Source: Cystobasidiomycetes sp. EMM_F5 (Eukaryota). From it: a stretch of 64,000 nt of DNA. The notes below the pieces were generated by a model that had not been told where the DNA came from, did not search any database, and saw only the letters and a list, made by a program, of their open reading frames with translations. The stretch covers positions 62,001-126,000 of the forward strand of contig JBPGPT010000036.1 in NCBI GenBank assembly GCA_051047955.1. Reading direction: 5' to 3'. How positions within the stretch are numbered: the first letter of the stretch is position 1; each line of letters opens with the position of its first letter. Of the stretch, positions 1 to 12,719 are shown one piece after another. Position numbers and translations under genes: made by a program.

Positions 1-86
1 GTGGCCGTCAGTCGATGGTTTGGCGGTAGGCCTTTCTCATCAACACACCTCAATTTCCATTCACTCTGTCTATTCATTCAGGGAGC

Positions 87-449
87 ATGCTCGGCCCTCG
101 CCGATTCGACGACATCAAAGAGGTAACCACTGAGGCTCTATACCGTCTGCGCGACGAGGAAGAGATACAGACGCTACGAGCAAGTCTGGTCGAGCGAGAT
201 GCAGAGATTGACAGGCTACTCACCCAAGTCGCGCGGCTGGAAGGAACGCTATCGACCGTCCTGACGGCCCAAGCCAGTACGCCTACACAAGATTACTCGA
301 GCTTAGATCTCGCCAAAGCAAAGCGGCTGCACCGCGCAAGGGAGCTGAGAGTGGTCAATCTCAAGGAGAAGCTGGCCAAGGTCGAGAAGGAGGCGGCAGA
401 TGACCTCCCAGACTTGCCGGCATCCTCGGCGACGACGTCAGAGGTGTGA
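87..449 (+). CDS. Hypothetical coiled-coil protein, possibly the terminal exon of a gene starting upstream of the window
   Basis: 120-aa ORF with charged heptad-like stretches (EIQTLRASLVERDAEIDRLL). A possible acceptor (attcag) lies just upstream. No family recognised. Confidence 0.35.
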   Translation: MLGPRRFDDIKEVTTEALYRLRDEEEIQTLRASLVERDAEIDRLLTQVARLEGTLSTVLTAQASTPTQDYSSLDLAKAKRLHRARELRVVNLKEKLAKVEKEAADDLPDLPASSATTSEV

Positions 450-791
450 GGAAGTCTTAAGCGGCTCTGGATGGAACAAACGCTTTCGAGCGGCTTCAAG
501 CATACACGCGTACACGCTGAAAGGAAGGAGATGTCTGCTGTGCTGCGCCAATACAATTCTTGAATGTTGATCGATGAGCTTGATTTAGACGTCGTCTTGT
601 TTCTGCTTTTCTCTTCGACAACACCAACAACAACATCAGTATGACCACAACCATGCGTGCATAGTGCACAGTCTATGATATTGAGCTCGTTGAAGCTGCG
701 CGAACAAAAGATACGGAAAAGAAGTAGCCATTCAGTGCAATTGAGCAATAAAGCAGCAGCTCCAGGCCTAGATGCTGGGCAGGATATCACA

Positions 792-3700
792 ATGATAGGC
801 GACACGCTGCTCGACTATGTCCACGTCTCTGCGAGCCCGACAGTCCTCTTTGACGACCGGGGCGATATCCTCTACGTCAATACAAGTCTGAGCAGAAACG
901 ACTGGGGAGCTTCGGCCGTCGAGCAGCTGGCGAGTACAGTCAAGGCGAGTCTGAAGAACCTGCCCCCGAGATGCTCCACGTCGAGAATAAAGAGCGACGT
1001 CGCTCGAACGGGCGAGTTTTATCCAAGTTTGGCGTCAGAGGAAGCATCGAGATATGCGGGCGAAAGCAACAACGACGGCGCTTCGACAGACGATAATAAC
1101 ACTCCCGGTCCATCAGATGTGCTCCAGACGACCCAATGGCGGCTCACGGCGTCTTCGTGCCAGCGAATACTCGCAATCGCACAGGAATCTAAAGAAGAAC
1201 AGTTTCCAGACTACTCGCCGGAAGAAATGCAAACACTAAAGGCGACCGTACCCGTCGTGAATGTCCCTTGGAGAAAGCAGAAGCGCTTCAATGGCCTCGT
1301 GTCGGGCGGAGGAGAGATGGGAGACCTCGTAAGAAACTTTGACTGGTCTAAACATCCCCTCGGCGCTATAGAGACGTGGCCTCAAGCTCGCGTCGAAATG
1401 GTCAGTCTGCTCCTACGTAGTCCAGTACCCATGACTGCATACCAAGAAGCAGATGCGTTTGTCATATACAACGATGCCTATCGTCAAGTCCTCGGTCCAT
1501 CAAAGCACCCGCGCTGTACGTGCAAGTGCGTCTTACGTCTTCTCATAGACCTACTAACGTTGCGTCCCAAAAAGGTTTGGGCCAGCCGGCCCGCTTAGTA
1601 TGGGCCGAGATCTGGGAATTCATAGAAAAGCCACTAGCCGATGCTATGGCGGGTATTCCAACGGAGAGAATCAACGACCAGCTATTCTTTGACCGTTTAC
1701 ATGACGCTCCAAATCCGAATACTATGGAGGAGGTTTACGGCAAGTCAATTCCATGTGGGTTGTCCCGCAAATTGAGCTCATGCAAATCTCCTACATCTCA
1801 GCCACCTGGTTCTATCTGCCATATTGGGGCAACGGGAGATATATCGGTAATATGCATTTACTGTTCGAAGAAGCGGGCAGAATGGCGAGTGCTGCCTTTC
1901 TATCAACTCGAATCATTCACTGACCTCGACACACTTTGCAGAACCCAATCAGCGCCCGCCGAATAGAAACGATAGCCGATCTAAGTGCTCGACTGTCATC
2001 GTCCCGAAGTACAATCGACCTATGCAGGAATGCCCTGGATGTACTAAGTGGTCTCGAAATCGATCTTCCATACTGTCTTGCTTACTCGAAAGTCGCTTAC
2101 GAACCTCCGGAACTTCTAGAGGCAGTCGGCAATACCAACGGCAGTAGCGGTGCCTCTCCAGACGCACGTATAATAAGCATATCCTCTGCCGGGTCGTCAT
2201 GCTCGCGCGAGTTTGAAGAGCAAAAGAATATCCACGTCTTTGCTCTTCAAGAGACAGTCGGCGCAGCCTTCGACAGTCCGCTGGCCCCAAGCCGGCTTAT
2301 GATTGATATCGAAGACGATGCTGGCTCACCTTCAGCTGAAGGTGGCCTGACTCCGCTAGCAACTCCAGGCGGCCATGCGATGCCTCACCCGGCTTGGCAG
2401 GAAGCTCTTGCAGACGTCCTCAGAACGGGAGACATGGTCGTCGTCGATAATGTTCAACAATGGATGAAGGGAGTACCGCACAGAGGTCTCGCATCCATTT
2501 TACCCTATCGAGCCGTCGCCATACCACTCAAGCAGGGCAGCGAGGTCGTAGGCTGCATAATGCTTTTGCTAAACGGAGGTCTACCGTGGTCGACAGATTA
2601 TAAGCGCTTCATAGACATTATTGCTCGCCAGCTCAATCTCTCCTTAAGCATGGTCCGCACTTTCGAACACGAGGTACAACGTGCTGAAGAATTGGCCGCG
2701 CTTGACCGTGCAAAAACCTCCTTTTTCACTTCAGTCAGTCATGAACTGCGAACACCACTCACTCTCATTTTGGGTCCCATCAAAGAATTGCTGGACGACA
2801 CAGGTCTGTCCCGCCGGCAATCGTCGTCTATTAGCATGGTGTATCGCAATGCACGACGTAAGTCCTTCCTTGACCTTACCGCGCGAAGTTTGTCAGATAA
2901 TTACACTGACTATGATGCTTGTGCGCGGCACTCCCACAGGCTTGCTGAGGCTCGTCAACTCTATACTGGACTTTGCTAGAGCTGAAGCCGGCAAGCTGTC
3001 GTCCCAATTTGCTCCAATGGCTCTAGGACCCATTACCATGGAATTGGCGAGCTCTTTCCGTAGCGCTATCGAGTCTGCTGGTTTGACTTTCGTCACGGAA
3101 AACAACGCTCCTGACGATACAATCGTCTGGATCGACATAGACAAGTGGGAAAAGATTGTATTTAATCTCATTAGCAACGCATGTATGTCCTTCCCGCTCT
3201 CTGATTGATCCCTACTGTGCCGTGCTAAGTGTCCTATCCTGCCACCAGTCAAATTCACTACAGAAGGCACTGTTACCGTCAAGACATTCGTGGACAATTT
3301 AAACTTTTACCTCGTCGTCGAAGATACTGGAATTGGCATACCAGCAAACGAAATCTCTTCCGTATTCGAGCGGTTCGTACGCGTGGAGAACTCCGAAGCT
3401 CGGAGCGTAGAAGGCTCTGGTATCGGATTATCTCTCACTTTGGAGCTCGTCCGTTTGCATGGCGGTAAAATCGGCGTTGATTCCATTTTCAAGAAAGGCA
3501 CTGCTTTCAAATTGAAGATTCCGCTCGGTAGTAGGTCTTGACACTGTAACGATGTTACATCTGGGGCCACTTGAATAACAAAAAATACCTCTTTAGATTC
3601 GCACTTACCCAAAGCTTATCTAGCAAACGCCAGCACCATGCACGCTCAGACAGCTTTGCGCCGCGGGAACGCATCTGATGATTTCAAACAACCACTGGTC

Positions 3701-6527
3701 AGTACCTGTGCTTGCTTGCTCCGCGCGGGATCGATACTGAAGTGGCGGCATACATAGTCTGACGAATTCAGCGGAGTCGGCACAAGATCCGAAAGCGTCA
3801 CCGGTACAGAAGACAGCCCAGAGGGCAACGCAAAATTGGACGATTTATGGACTCCATTGTTGTTCGGCGAACGTGACAGAGCGCGCATCTTGTTAGCTGA
3901 CGATAACGCCGACTTGCGAAGCTTCATTAGATCTATACTGGCCAAGTACGCTGATGTCGTTGAAGCAGTCGATGGTCAGGCAGCATGGAATTTGTTGGAA
4001 CGGGAGGAATTCGACCTTGTTCTATCAGACATCACTATGCCGCGACTCTCTGGGTTTCAGCTTTTAGCCAAGATCCGCGCCAGTGAGAAATTGAAGAATA
4101 AGCCAGTAATACTGCTGTCAGCACGCGCAGGTGAAGATGCGGGAGTGGAGAGCCTGAGCTCGGGAGCCGACGACCACCTGAACAAGCCATTCTCGTCCAA
4201 GGAACTCATCTTGCGGGTTCATAGTCATCTCCAACTAGCTGCCATACGGTCTGAACTGGAAGTCCGCGTCAATCAGAGAACGGCTGCACTTGCCGAGGCA
4301 AAAGAAACCTTCCAGCGACTTTCGGAATTGCTGCAAGTTGCCGTACACCGGAGCGACCGAAACGGCAATGTGATATGGGCAAACAAAAAATGGTTCGAAG
4401 CCCTACATTCGCCTATACCCCCCTTGTGTGGCGTGCTAACAGTTGACTACCGACAGGTTCAAGATGCTCGGCTTAGAAGACGGCAATCTTGACAATTGGG
4501 GTGAGCGCATACATCCGGACGATCTTGCATCTGCCATCGGATATTACACGGAAGCCATCGACTCCGGCGAGAGTTATTCGCACCCAATAGAGATGCGTCT
4601 GCTCAGTTGGGGAGACGAGATTGTCGAAACCACTTACGAACTTCGAGCCGAGAGTGGCTCAGCCGGAGAGTGCATTGGCTTCGTAGGGGTCTTCTCTGAT
4701 GTGACGGTGTTGCGTAAGCTGGAAAGGGAGCGAATCAGTACGGAACAAGCTCGCAGACAAGAAGCCGAAGAGAATAGACAACAACAAGAGACATTCATTG
4801 GTAAGGGCAGTCGTTACTGAGGTAATTGGAGCGTTATTGATTCTCTAATGACGGTCAGACGTTATCTGTCACGAACTCCGAAACCCTCTAAACGCAATCT
4901 ACAATTCTGCTGAGCTGCTCGGCGAATCTCTCGGTCGATTCGCTAAACTGAGCGGAGAACGTCCTGATCTCGATGCTGCCCTGGGTCCGCTTCAAGCTGA
5001 CCTTCGCGAAGATCTCGAAGCTGTTGAGACTATTCTTCTATCAAGCAGACATCAGAAGCGAATTGCGGACGGTACGTTCTTTGAATGTCCAGCCTTGGTG
5101 GTAGAGCATGCTGACTTTGCATGCAGACGTCCTACACATATCGAAGATTAGTGGCAATCTAGTCCAGCTTGTTGCCGCCGAATGGGAACCTATAGCCTGC
5201 TTGAAAAACACATTGAAAATGTTCAATTTGGAGGTTTCGGCAAAGTCGATAGACCTGAAGCTAGAGTGCGACCCATCCATGACGATGTTGGGAACGACCG
5301 TAATTGGCGACGAAGGACGTTTCACTCAAGTGGGTCATTCAGGTCCGATTCCTGCGCGAGAAACGCTAACATAGTTGCAGGTATGCGTCAACCTGTTGAG
5401 CAATGCTATCAAGTTCTTGGAGGGCACAGTCCGCAAGAAGATTAGCGTACGTGTGGGGGCAACTCCCTTGCTTGACGAGGCAATTCTGCATCGCTTGCTA
5501 GACGCAGATACATTCTCTCTCAACGATCTTACTCCTTTGTGCGGTCCTTATGCCACCACCTGGCCAGATTCCTCCGCCACGGAAGCTCTTCTACATGTGG
5601 CTATTCACGACACAGGCCCGGGTATGAGCGTCGAAGAGCAGGGCAAAATATTCAAGCGCTATGCGCAAGCTAGTCCAAGAACGTACAGGGCGTTTGGAGG
5701 CGTCGGCCTTGGACTCTGGATATCTCGGCGATTGGTCGAATTGCATGGCGGAGCTGTAGCTTTACAAAGCGAGTCGGGCGTCGGGACCGTTTTCAGAATG
5801 TATATCAAAGTCGGCCGCAAGTCGCAAGCTGTGCCGACTGCTCCCACTGGATCATCGTTGGCGAACGGTAGTATTGCCCCCGATCCCCCGCCTGCTGTCC
5901 CATCAGGCCCAGCCTTGACAGGCTCAACGCCGACCAAGTTACATCTATCTGAAAGACGCCCGCGTATTTTGGTTGTTGAAGGTAGGCTAGGGCCTTAGTA
6001 ATTGACTTCCAGGCGCTGAATGGTCGATCTCACCCCGCAGACAACGATGTCAATTCCAAGGTTCTGGTCCGACTACTCGCCAACCTCAAATGCGATGTCA
6101 CAACTGCATACGACGGGGCTGATTGCCTTGCCAAGCTGACCATTCTGCGTGCCGCTGCGACTTACCCAGACCTGATATTTATGGACCTAGAGTGAGTTCA
6201 ACACAGCTGCTACAGGGCGTAGAGGTTTGCTGACAAGTCGCGATATATCGTAGAATGCCAGTCATGGATGGCTGTAAGCAATGGATTATATTTGGCTCAC
6301 GACTTTACTGACGTGATTGCTATTCAGTGACAGCTACACAACACATCCGCGCCGACGAAACACAACGTGGAGGATCACGCGTCATCATTGTCGCCGTCAG
6401 CGCAAATGCTCGTCAAGTATATCAAACACTTAGCGAGGAGGCTGGAATGGATGGCTTCTTACGTAAACCCTATAATCGGATGCAGCTGACCGAGACTCTG
6501 CATCAATTCATTGAATACTCCGTGTGA
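792..6527 (+). CDS. Dual hybrid histidine kinase (PAS-like/GAF-HisKA-HATPase-REC-PAS-HisKA-HATPase-REC), multi-exon
   Basis: Sensor motif GEMGDLVRNFDWSKHPLG. First module: H-box FFTSVSHELRTPL, N-box KIVFNLISNA, G-boxes DTGIGI/GSGIGLSL, receiver LLADDN..LSDITMP. Second module: H-box DVICHELRNPL (~4860-4890), NLLSNAIKF, DTGPGM/GGVGLGL, receiver LVVEDN..IFMDLEMPVMDG..FLRKP. Confidence 0.93.
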
Positions 6528-6793
6528 CAGTAAGACCGCAAGTTGTGAGTCCAGTCGCTAGATTTACATTAATCATCCCGCTATTCATTGTCGTTATACA
6601 TACGCATACCCGTGTAAATGTCTAGGTAGATTGCGAGGAGATGAACGCATTGTACAGTGACACGCATGAGCAACGGCCGTTCATATCTAGTACTTGTTCC
6701 GCCCATTCGCTGGACAGACAGCAAGTGAGAAGTGCTCATTATAGCGTGTACTTATCTACTCATGTCGTCATACTGATACAACAAGTACACCTA

Positions 6794-9700
6794 CTACTGT
6801 AGCCCCATCTTGAGTAGCGAGCCGGCCAGCTCTAGGTCTGCAAAGCTTTGCGCCAGTGTAGAATTGTCTTCGTGATCATTTGCTGTGTTTGCAGCCGCTC
6901 CGTCTTTACGGGAGTGCAGATACGCAAGAGATGACCGGAAGTGTTGTATGATGGCGTCCGGATTCGACACACCCTGGATCAGCCCTGCCGTGGCGCTGGA
7001 AGACGTGGGATGGACGTCAACAGCATGTATGTTGTCTATGTTTGAGGTGATCAATTCTACCAGACTGTTGATGTGTTTCGGGGTGACAGCCTCTACTTGT
7101 CGCTCAAAGTAGTAAACGTATTGGTCGAGTGCATCGACATACAGCTGTATGGTAGTGAGATCATCAATGCACGATGTCGCGATCCGCAAGGCTTTCTGCA
7201 AACACTCAAGGACTCGTTTGCCATCCTTACACAATGGCTGGGGAATGACCCAAGCAAATGTCAGTCTTCGAAAATCCGCGAGCGTTATAAACAACAAAGA
7301 CGCTCACTTTGCCTGCCTTAGCTGGCCCTCCAGCGGTCTCTACTTGCCACCACATATGGCTCGCTAACATGACGGCAGTTGCCTGATGCCCCTTCTTCAA
7401 GAGCTTAGCGCCATGCAGTGCAGCTTTCGTGATCAAAGTATCGTAATTGTCGGCCGTGTAGACCCGTGACGCTTGCAATGTAGATATGATCAGAGTCACA
7501 GCTTGCAATTGCGCTCTCGATTCTGAAATCGACTCTTCGTAGATCCTGCAAATTAAGCAATTAGTTCATCCACTCACAAATATAAAGGGAGCTCAGGCGT
7601 ACGTGAATGCTTGCACGGCAAATTCGTAGGCTAGTTCCTCAAGTTCCGCCTCGTCAGCGGCTTGAAGAGCTAACAAATACAGCCTGAGGCATATTTCCGA
7701 CGCATCCGATGGCGAGTTATAGAGTGTGGATATCACTGGAGAATGACATCCGTCAATACAAGGAAAACGTGTCAGCATCGAGACGGCATAATCCACCTTG
7801 ATGTATGAACCGGAACAAAGTAGATGCTCGTGCATCAGACTCCATTTCTTTGACGTCCTCCAGCCCGGCAGGCCTTCGCCGGGCCAGCTTTATTGCTGCT
7901 ACGATGAGCGGCGGATATGTCCAGCGAATGCGATCACCACCCTCAGCGAAAGACATGCGAGCAGTTTGTAACAGCTGATGATATTTGTGAATGAGCCGAC
8001 ATTAGCATGCCATATGCAGAAATATGATCCAACTGACCTTGAATTGGATATCGTCATCGTCGTTGCGAAACAAATGCACAAGCCTTGCGACCCAACCCTG
8101 CTCCTCCGCCATTTCTTCGTAATCGTACGGTTGTGCTCCCCTCTGGCTATGATTACGAATCATACCACGACTGCTAGCCAATGCTCCAGGGGGCGGTTGC
8201 TGACCTCTACCCCAATTACTACCATTACTGACTCCATTACTGCCGAGGTGAGTAGGCATGCCGTGACCTGCATCCTTCTGATCTCGCACAAGAGTATGAC
8301 AAAGGTCGAGAATACCCTTGACCTCCTCGGGTGTCGTGATGATAGTTTCTTTCTTCAGCAGAGAAGAAACAATTGCATGGCCGATGCTTCGCCTGGTTGC
8401 GTACGGTTGCATCTGCAAAATGGGGGTATAAGTAGGAAGTTGGAGGAGCAGCAATGGAGTTGGGTAAGCTGTTATTGGTGCGACTAGGAGACCAAGCAGA
8501 TTTTGCACGGTAACCGGGTGATGCAGGTCGGCACTGCATATTTCGCTAATGTTTAGCAACTCTGCATGAACAGTCTAGATTAAGACACACCTGTTTGCGT
8601 ATTCGTCAATCTTTGCTCGCGCGAACGACAAGACGTGGTCGACGTAGTCTATGCGATCAGGATAGCAGGAAAGGGAAAGATGGATGAGGGATACCAAGAG
8701 AGCGGTCACGTCCTGAATGGACAGATCGGGCCTGGCCTGAATATGGATAGAGTAAGACAACGATAAACCCCTTGTACTGCTAACATACCTTGATCAATTC
8801 GACCACTTGATGCCAGAAGACTTCGAATAAGCGGACATCTTGTGGGATGCCGCGGTATTTCTTGACAGCCGGAGCGTCACCGTCCTTCTCTGGCGACTTC
8901 CCTTTGTCTTCTGATTGTTTCGCAGGAGATCCGGCTGAACTGGCTTCTCCAGATGCCGTTCCCGGCGCGTTTTCCTGCTCCCCATTACGACTTTCAGTCG
9001 AAGTAGTGCTAATTTGAGGATCTGAGGCCCCTCCAATCTGCGAGGTTGCTCCCACAGCGCTTGTAGACGGCTCATTCTCTTTCACCGCATCGTTCTCCGC
9101 TTCACGCGCAGCATACGCTGCCAAGCGGTCAATTAATGCGATAACAATCTGCTTGATGTTGACTTTGGGGTGCAATTGTGCGGTAGCTGACAGGAATGGT
9201 CCCAGCGTCCTCAAGTGGAAATCATCGGTGAAGACCTGTACCAATGCACGGCATTCTAATAATCAGCTAGGGGACGCAGGGCACACTAGCTACACGGACA
9301 CGTACCTGAATGACCACCTCCATCAAATACTCCTGAGCTATGACATCCTTACAATTAACGACCTGGTCAAGAACGACTGGTAGAATGATCCTTCGATACA
9401 TGTCCAGATCGACGCCTTCGAGTTGGGACAAGCGGACTAGATTTGTACCGACCAGGATACGAAGCTCTCGCCGTTCAATCTCTCTCTTCTCCCGGTCGCG
9501 CGACAGACCTTGATGTTGCAGCCTGACCCACAACTTGTTCATTTCGATGAAGTTTGTCAGGACGAACCCGATTGAGTCGTTCAAGTTTCCAGACGGGCTG
9601 TAGTGATGTTACTTAGATGATTGTATGACGCATGCGGTGAACACAATTACCCTTGATCATCACCTATTGGCAGATGCTCCCTCGTCATGCCGGAGAGGTA

Positions 9701-10347
9701 GAATCTGAGGAACAATCCTCTTGTTGGATGTTGCACTCCTCTGGCCATGTCTGCTAGGTCGCGCATGATCTATACATACTGTTAGAATTACTTTCGGGTA
9801 TGTCGCGCTGAACAGCCAACCCACCTCTTTACGCGGCGACTCCTCTACCGACATGTAGACTGCTCCGACGGTGATCATGAGGTAGAGACGGGGGACAATG
9901 TTGCCAGCGTACTGGACGAGTTCGTACACGTCGCTCAGGTGGATTGACGTGTTCTTGTGGGCGTCGAAGAGGTACGAAGCGAGATGCCGCAGGGCGTCAA
10001 AGACGGCAATGTCTGCGTTTCCATTGGTCGTTGCATTGGAATAAACCGTCAGCAGTCACCCAGCGCATCCTCGTTGCACTCACACAGCTCGTAGTACTGT
10101 TTCGGGGACAATGACGATGTCCGCAGTTCAGCGAGCAAGGTCGAGGCCGCTTTGAGGCCTTCCATGAGTTGGTCCGCGTCCTTGTAACGAATAGATTAGC
10201 CATACATCAGTCATTAATATCAGCATCAGCGTCAGTATTCGCCGTTCCAATGCAACAACGCCGCCAACGCACAAGGCACTTTCGCATCGTCCCCTGCTGC
10301 AGCTTGACGGTCGCCAGAGCTTCCCCGAGTGCTCTGCCTTCGTCCAT
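6794..10347 (-). CDS. VPS35: Retromer subunit Vps35, multi-exon
   Basis: Starts [15 protein letters not shown]. Contains [50 protein letters not shown], and the C-terminal [14 protein letters not shown]. Confidence 0.97.
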
Positions 10348-10501
10348 GGCGGGCAATATCCTGTTTCAGTGTTTTGATTGTTGGTTGGTTTGGAGGAGAC
10401 CTTTGATTGATTTCAAACGACATTCAGGCTTGTTTCTGCTCCAACTTGTGCAAATCAGCCATGGTTCAGGACTGCGACGACGACGAGGACACTGGCACAC
10501 C

Positions 10502-12367
10502 ATGAACGTGTCGAGCATCCCTGTGAATACCCGCAGCATCCACAGCCAGCAGCCAGTCAAATGGGCAGATATTACAAAAGAACGGCTCGACAACAGCCAT
10601 GTCCCCGCGACGGGAGATATGCTCGAGGACCATCTCGAAGACCTCGTAAAGATTCCCATTGCCCAAGAACTCCAGTCGCGTAGAAATTTGGGTAGAAACT
10701 CGTCGTTTCAGTCGGGACATCATGCAGACGATAATACATCCTCGTACAGCCACGAGACATTCCCTACTGCCGGCGATGAGTCTGTATCCCTACCCGCAAC
10801 GAATCCATTGTCCGAATCAGGCGAAGCATCCACATCACAATCCCAATTAACAACCCTAAATAAGACACCGACTAAAAGTGGCATACCCCGTACCGACAGA
10901 GACCGGAAACGAGCTCAGAGCAGTCCTCTCCATGTCCTGACGACATCTCAGCTTCAGCAACCCACTGCCGAGCTATCTCAGCCGATGAACAGAGACGCGT
11001 CCTCCAGCTCAGGCTCATCCAGTGGTGTATCAGGCGCCAAGCGCGCGCGATTGGGCAAAGGAGCGTCGGGTACTACTTTTACTGCTTCCCAGACACCGGT
11101 CCCAGGCTCTCGGAAGCCCGACAGTCCCGTCGTCCAGATTCAGACGCCTCGCAAGCCGTCGGCAAACTTATCCATTGGCGGGCAGTCTTCTGCTACCAAG
11201 TCGCCTCGGCAGGCTTCGACACCCTTTCGTGGCAAATCCCCAAGTAGCTCGCCATATATTCCCTCTGCTGTCCGCTTACGCGCCAAATCCGCCAGTACTC
11301 CAGCTTCGCCTAACCCAAACGGTTACTATTCCTCACATGCAGACGACGTCAAGCCACCATGGTTGGCAAATCAGGAGGATCTCATGTACAAGAGTGATTT
11401 GCAGGCTATACTTCCCAGTCCAGATTCACTAGCCGGTATTGCCATGTTTGCCCGAAGCAATAGTTCTGCCCATCACGCACTCGGCAGCGGACATCCAGAT
11501 ACCTCTACAGAAGCAGCTGACACTTCTACGCGGTCATGGGATGACGTTATTTTACCCGCTGTTGCGAAACGGATTAGGGAACAGCAGATGCTCGCTTATC
11601 AAGATGCGGTCTTGTCAGGCTCTGCTGCCGCCTCTTCGGCTATGGCAGGCACTTCGTCCACCATGACCAATGGAGCCCTTACAGACGATTCAGATCTGGT
11701 CATTGTGGACTATCATGCCGACGGAACGCCTCGCAAGTTCAAAAGAGTCGGCAAGAAACAGAGGGAGAAGATGATGCAAGAGCAGTGCGAGGAAGGACGA
11801 TCACCGACCACACCTGCAGTCGATAATCTGGGTGTACAAATCGTTGACGAAAATGGTGAATCGCACACCTCGACGAATGCTTCGGAACATGGTCAGACCG
11901 TTCGAAGCAATAGCCCGCCACTGGTCAATGAAAATCATCTCAGCCATCAGGCGGCATCAGACAACCAGGGTATAATCGCTACGGAAACGCACTCCGGCCG
12001 TCATCGCCAAACATCAGAAGGCACCAGTCACACGTCCACAAATGCTGACATTCGCACACAAAGCCCTAAGGCAGCTCAAAGCACAAGCACGCTCAGTACT
12101 CAGCCTGGAGGTCGACCATCAATCGGCACCGGAACAGGCCGCTCTGAGATATGGCAGGAGCCAGGCCTGCACAGTCCGAACGTTGCACGAGCGAACGGCT
12201 TTGCGAGCATGCAGCGGCAGCCAAGCAAAGGTCATTTGCTGCCTCGTATCTCCGAGGTCAAGAATGAAGAGAAGCCTCCAGACTCAAAGGCAGTAGAATC
12301 CGCTGCCAAACGGAAGGTCGTGCCAGATGGCGAACACAAGGGAGGCTGCAGATGCATTATTATGTAA
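10502..12367 (+). CDS. Ser/Pro-rich protein with C-terminal CAAX box; TeaR/Mod5-like cell-end marker candidate
   Basis: Intronless ORF from MNVSSIP, ending GGCRCIIM*. Internal PPWLA..MYKSD and ILPAVAKRIREQQ motifs. Confidence 0.7.
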   Translation: MNVSSIPVNTRSIHSQQPVKWADITKERLDNSHVPATGDMLEDHLEDLVKIPIAQELQSRRNLGRNSSFQSGHHADDNTSSYSHETFPTAGDESVSLPATNPLSESGEASTSQSQLTTLNKTPTKSGIPRTDRDRKRAQSSPLHVLTTSQLQQPTAELSQPMNRDASSSSGSSSGVSGAKRARLGKGASGTTFTASQTPVPGSRKPDSPVVQIQTPRKPSANLSIGGQSSATKSPRQASTPFRGKSPSSSPYIPSAVRLRAKSASTPASPNPNGYYSSHADDVKPPWLANQEDLMYKSDLQAILPSPDSLAGIAMFARSNSSAHHALGSGHPDTSTEAADTSTRSWDDVILPAVAKRIREQQMLAYQDAVLSGSAAASSAMAGTSSTMTNGALTDDSDLVIVDYHADGTPRKFKRVGKKQREKMMQEQCEEGRSPTTPAVDNLGVQIVDENGESHTSTNASEHGQTVRSNSPPLVNENHLSHQAASDNQGIIATETHSGRHRQTSEGTSHTSTNADIRTQSPKAAQSTSTLSTQPGGRPSIGTGTGRSEIWQEPGLHSPNVARANGFASMQRQPSKGHLLPRISEVKNEEKPPDSKAVESAAKRKVVPDGEHKGGCRCIIM

Positions 12368-12719
12368 CTCGCCGTTGCATCTGGAGTAAGTATTATTACG
12401 GGAGATGAGCAGATTCATACTGCCTGCTCGACCTCCCTGCAACGATCGACGAGAGCAGAAGTTCAGGCCAATCGTGGAGATCCGGTAGGGTCCTCACCGA
12501 CAACAACCTGCGCGCGGTGGGCATTTGAGGCGCATGGGGGATCAGTCAGTTCATGCAGTTAATTACGTTGTTCACGACGACCGCCATCGTACAAGGCATC
12601 CTTTGCTTTCATTCTGTATCATAACGATCTATACGGAGAACTAGGTAGAGTTTCGCAAAGCGAAGCAATAATTATGTGCATCTGTACCATATGGATTCGT
12701 TACACAACAAAGCAGTGAT

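Noticed and set aside
10169..10501. N-terminal extension of the 732-aa ORF
   Set aside because: It begins at a non-ATG codon and overlaps the first VPS35 exon on the opposite strand. ATG 10502 is the more plausible start.
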